DNA of 64,000 nt from positions 2,624,001 to 2,688,000 of the forward strand of contig OY764159.1 of the NCBI GenBank assembly GCA_963668175.1, written 5' to 3'. A program made the translations under genes and the position numbers. Below the pieces are notes generated by a model that did no database searches, had not been told where the DNA came from, and saw nothing but the letters and a program-made list of their open reading frames with translations. This stretch comes from Syntrophales bacterium. GTDB taxonomy: Bacteria > Desulfobacterota > Syntrophia > Syntrophales > PHBD01. Shown in pieces: positions 60,163 to 64,000 of this stretch. Each line of letters begins with the position of its first letter. Positions within the stretch are counted from its first letter, which is position 1.

Positions 60163-60810
60163 CTATCGCAGGAGAGCGGGGAAGGCCTGCTTCAGGGCGC
60201 TGAAGATGAAGTGCACGCCCATGGCCACGATGAAGATCTGAAGAACTCGGCCGATGGCGACCGTTCCGACCCGCCCCATGATTCCCAGCAGCCTGTCCGA
60301 CCAGTGCAGCACGGCCATCACGAAGACGAAGGCCACGGCGCCTGCGGCCACGCCGTAAAGAATGCCGTGGTGATCGACAATCAGCATGACCGTAACGATG
60401 CTGCCCGGACCCACCAGCAGGGGAAAGGCGATGGGGCTGACCGCCAGGGTGACTTCACGCTCGGCCTCTTCCGCCGGACTCTTGTCGGAAGCCCTGTGCA
60501 TCGTCTGCCGCGTATGGGCCATGATATTGGAGATGCCGAGCACGACGAGCAGCAGTCCGCCGCCGAAGGTGAACTCGGGAATGCTGATGCGGAAGATGTC
60601 GCGCATGAGATATTTGCCCACGAGCGCAAAGACCAGGATGATGCAGAAGGCGACCAGGCCCGCCAGGTGAAAGAGCCTGCGTTTCTCGCGGGCGGGAACG
60701 TCCTCGGTCAATCCGGCAAAGAGCGGCAGGTTGCCCAGGGGGTTCACGATGACGAAGATGTTGATGACCGCCTCGGCAAAACCGGCAAGGTCGGATTGGA
60801 TCGTGTCCAT
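60163..60810 (-). CDS. MarC family membrane protein
   Basis: IVNPLGN.P.F and P.AFPLLVGPG; six TM helices. Confidence 0.9.
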   Translation of the reverse strand: MDTIQSDLAGFAEAVINIFVIVNPLGNLPLFAGLTEDVPAREKRRLFHLAGLVAFCIILVFALVGKYLMRDIFRISIPEFTFGGGLLLVVLGISNIMAHTRQTMHRASDKSPAEEAEREVTLAVSPIAFPLLVGPGSIVTVMLIVDHHGILYGVAAGAVAFVFVMAVLHWSDRLLGIMGRVGTVAIGRVLQIFIVAMGVHFIFSALKQAFPALLR

Positions 60811-61001
60811 CGTTTCACTCCAAACGTTTCGGCAATCGGCGGGCCTGTCGCAAATAAGCCGCGTCCGCTGACCTCGTCAAAAAATTTCGCATATTTCTCA
60901 CGATCCGTCAACGGGAGCCTGCGGAATCGCGCCGGTCCTCGAACCCGGGAATCGGGGGCGGTCCACGATGCGGCCGATCGTCCGTTTTGCCCGGCGGAAG
61001 A

Positions 61002-63554
61002 TTACGGCGCCTGGCTGCCTATGCTCATGAAGGGGTCGAAGCGGCCCGCGACGGTGGGCGACTGGGCGTTCCTCGTCGCCTTGCGCACGTTCTCCGACAG
61101 GTAGGGGATGAGTTCGCCGAGGGTCACGTGGCCGTCCTTGTTGTAGTCGGCGTCGCCGGAGAGGCCCTTGACGAGATAGTAGGTGAAGACGCCGTGCCCG
61201 CCGCCCCAGCTTTTGCTCTCCTGCGAAAGCTGCTTGTCGTCGGAGGCGCTGATGACGGCCACGCCCTGGCTGGCGCTGGAAAGGGACTGGAACCCGGCGC
61301 TGATGGGGTTGACCTCGACGTTGCGGATGCCCCGGCGGCCCGTGTCGAAGGCGGCCCCGAGGCCCCCGGCGTGGCAGGCGTCGGCGATGACGACGATCTT
61401 CTTGGCCCTGATGAAGCGGCTGATGGCGGTCTTCACGTCCCACATGGGGAATCCGGTCGCAGCGATGTTCTCGTACTTCGTGTCGTAGGAGAGGAGGTAA
61501 AGGTTGTCCGGCGCGTCGGGCGATTCGGGCGACCCGTGGCCGGCGAAGTAGATGGTCACCATGTCGTCCTCCGCGGCCTGCTTGAGCCAGTTGTAGAGGG
61601 CGGCCTTGATGTTCTCGGAGGTCGCCTTATTGTCCAGGAGCAGCCTGACGTTGGCGGGCGCATAGCCGCCGCCCTCGCGCGACACGAGCCAGTTGTTGAA
61701 GGCGCGGGCGTCGGCCGCGGCGTAGCGCAGCCCCGCGATCTTCGAGTCTTTGTATTTCGAGATGCCGACGACGACGGCCCATTTCTTGACCCCCGATTCC
61801 CTCTGCTCCTTTTCCGTGTTCAGGAACGCGTCCTCGCGGCCGGGCCGGGCCGCCTCGGTGACGTTGCCGCCCTTGGCGGCGCTGATCCGCGACGACTTCG
61901 ACACCAGGGTGGGGGAGGCCTTACCGGACTTGGGCCGGGGCGCGATCGCGACGGCCTGGATCTTCTGGGGCTTTTCGTTCAGACGGATCGGGAGCTGGAA
62001 TTGATCGATGCCGCCCTTGCCGCTCTTCTCCCTCACGATCAGGAAGACCGGCAGCTCCTTCTTCGAGACGACGCGCTTGTTGGGCGTCACCGTGATCCAT
62101 ATGTCCTTGGCGGAGCCGGGGGCGATGTCCCCGATGGTTCCGGTGTTGTTGTCGAGATAGATGTTGCGGTCTTTGGATACGACCTCGAAGGAGGCGTTCT
62201 GCGCGGCGCCTTCGCCCGTGTTGCGGAGGGCGATGCGGACCCTTGCCGTTTCGCCCGCCTGCAGCTGGCCGTCCTCGACGATGGCCGCGGTCCCCGCGCC
62301 GGAATCGACGATTTCCATGCCGCCGAAGGCGAGCCGGGCGGGGGCGTATTCGACCGTGTTGATCGTGAGCACGACGGGATCGAGATCGAAGCCGAAATAT
62401 TCCGTCACGACGATCCTGAGTTCATGCTCCGCCGATTTCAACTCCGGCTTTGCCCGCAGGCGGATGGCGACGGTCTTCGTCTCGCCCGGTTCCAGGACGG
62501 ATATCTCGCCCGAGCCGATCTCCATGGCCGGGTCGGGGCGGCCGTCCTCCACGGAGATGGCGACGCCCTGCGCCTTGCCCTTGCCCTTGTTGCTGAGCCG
62601 GACCGTCAGCTCCGCCGTCTCGCCCGCTTTCAGGGTGCCGCTGTCGCTCTGGTCTTTGAAACCGATCTCCGCCGTCAGGTTCGGCGGCAGGCCGCGCTTG
62701 TAATCTGCCGATGCCCCGCCCATGCCCTTGAAGAGGTTGAGGAAGCGGACCGCCAGGTTGCCGTCGCCCGACTGGTTCCGGGCCGTCTCCAGGGCGTCGC
62801 GGAAGGCGCCGTAATTCGGGGACGCTGCGGTCTTGGCGGCGATCTCCTTCGCCAGCATGTCCATGGCCGTTTCCTGCACGATGCTCTCGCGCGTGGCCTT
62901 GACGACGGGATTGACGACCGCCTCGCCGTCACCGGCCGTGCCTAAGAGCGCAGTACCCGCAAGCGGCACAATCACGAGGTCCGCGAGGCCCAGCTTGTAG
63001 ACGGAGCGGTTTTCGTAGTTGTTCACATCGTCGTATTTGGCGGTCCGTGTCTCGATGCGCGCCTTGACGACGACGCTCGGGTAGAGGACGTTGTTCTCGC
63101 CGCCCATGCTGAGAAGCGCGACGCTCTTGCCCTTGTCGTCCGCGCCGCTTTCGATCTTCGTCACCTCGAAGATGACGTCGATGCTTCGGACGAGGACGAT
63201 GAGGTCGGTGGGATTGCCGCCGGCGTAGTTCGTCCGGACGTTCACGTTCTGGAAGATTTCGGCAAACTGCCGCTTGAGCATGGCGGAAAATTCCGCCCGG
63301 TACTTGCTGCTCGCGATCGGCTGGTCGTCGATGACGACGTTGACGAGATCGTGTTTGCTGTCGGCCGCAAATGCGGCGGGGAGGCAGAGGCTGTTGCACA
63401 GAACGGCGGCAAAAAGGAGGAGCGCTGTAAAAAGCAGCCAGCTGGCGATCTTTCGGTCGTGGGTGAGGGAAGGGGCGGAGTGTTGAGTGCAGGCATCCGC
63501 TGCCGCGGCGGCGGCTGAAGGCGGATTGTGGCGCGATGTATTCGTGGAAATCAT
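61002..63554 (-). CDS. Exported/membrane-anchored caspase (peptidase C14) protein with CARDB/Ig-like domains
   Basis: Hydrophobic N-terminal segment, two N.G.G.A Ig-like units, YFAGHG and ADACH dyad; start uncertain (MISTN used). Confidence 0.88.
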   Translation of the reverse strand: MISTNTSRHNPPSAAAAAADACTQHSAPSLTHDRKIASWLLFTALLLFAAVLCNSLCLPAAFAADSKHDLVNVVIDDQPIASSKYRAEFSAMLKRQFAEIFQNVNVRTNYAGGNPTDLIVLVRSIDVIFEVTKIESGADDKGKSVALLSMGGENNVLYPSVVVKARIETRTAKYDDVNNYENRSVYKLGLADLVIVPLAGTALLGTAGDGEAVVNPVVKATRESIVQETAMDMLAKEIAAKTAASPNYGAFRDALETARNQSGDGNLAVRFLNLFKGMGGASADYKRGLPPNLTAEIGFKDQSDSGTLKAGETAELTVRLSNKGKGKAQGVAISVEDGRPDPAMEIGSGEISVLEPGETKTVAIRLRAKPELKSAEHELRIVVTEYFGFDLDPVVLTINTVEYAPARLAFGGMEIVDSGAGTAAIVEDGQLQAGETARVRIALRNTGEGAAQNASFEVVSKDRNIYLDNNTGTIGDIAPGSAKDIWITVTPNKRVVSKKELPVFLIVREKSGKGGIDQFQLPIRLNEKPQKIQAVAIAPRPKSGKASPTLVSKSSRISAAKGGNVTEAARPGREDAFLNTEKEQRESGVKKWAVVVGISKYKDSKIAGLRYAAADARAFNNWLVSREGGGYAPANVRLLLDNKATSENIKAALYNWLKQAAEDDMVTIYFAGHGSPESPDAPDNLYLLSYDTKYENIAATGFPMWDVKTAISRFIRAKKIVVIADACHAGGLGAAFDTGRRGIRNVEVNPISAGFQSLSSASQGVAVISASDDKQLSQESKSWGGGHGVFTYYLVKGLSGDADYNKDGHVTLGELIPYLSENVRKATRNAQSPTVAGRFDPFMSIGSQAP

Positions 63555-64000
63555 CCGGCAACCCTCTTTCCGGCGCTCCGATAAAGCGCCGCGTATCGGG
63601 ATCGTCAATGCAGCTTCAAAGTCTGAGGAGATGGGCAAAATCAGGGGCGCTGCGGATGGACCGGAAGATGCCTTGTGCGGCCGCTTCCGGTACGGCGTAC
63701 CTCCCCTGAGCGGGTACACCTTATGCGCTATGCATAATAGAATATAAGGACAATGTCAAACACAATCCGGTGCAACTGCCGTCGAAAGCTACCGCAGGCC
63801 GGACGCAAGCGTCAAGCGGCTGTATGCCGGAAACGGTTGCCGCCGGGAATTGGCCGATTCGTTCTCAGAGGGGTGATAGTTTTGCATAATTCATCCCGAA
63901 ATGTTCACTTGATAAGTTCCGTCAATTGTGCAATATTACAGATGATTATCATTGGATTTGTGTCAATCCATGAAGTCCGACGGGTCCGTGTACGGGTTCT

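Overview
A GC-rich bacterial chromosomal segment. PEP-CTERM proteins with sigma-54 promoters, PAS hybrid kinases, hemerythrin, iron-sulfur flavoproteins, a DUF3795 protein and GSIII together suggest an anaerobic deltaproteobacterium (Desulfobacterota, Syntrophales-like); this is inference. Housekeeping, transport and signalling genes are interleaved with several visibly AT-richer accessory patches (about 6.7-8.4, 13.9-18.3, 35.2-37.0, 42.3-45.8 and 55.7-57.4 kb). I found no rRNA, tRNA, CRISPR array, integrase, transposase or reverse transcriptase. The most unusual structures are: (1) a two-gene array at 35.3-37.0 kb in which each gene is bracketed by inverted ~25-bp GGGGACAC-N2-TACTTAATT arms; (2) two diverged orphan copies of the C-terminus of a FlgO/CsgG-like gene stacked downstream of it, with a cargo gene between them; (3) two promoter-to-terminator ~95-nt units (13.2 and 35.2 kb) sharing TGCTGAAC...AAGG...TTGAAG...AAACC motifs, a candidate sRNA/leader family; (4) a candidate defence pair (coiled-coil 2TM protein + HEPN-motif protein) beside a TumE/TumA-type TA module; (5) an operon of two paralogous lipoproteins plus a frameshifted zinc metalloprotease. 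All family calls come from motifs read by eye, not from database searches.
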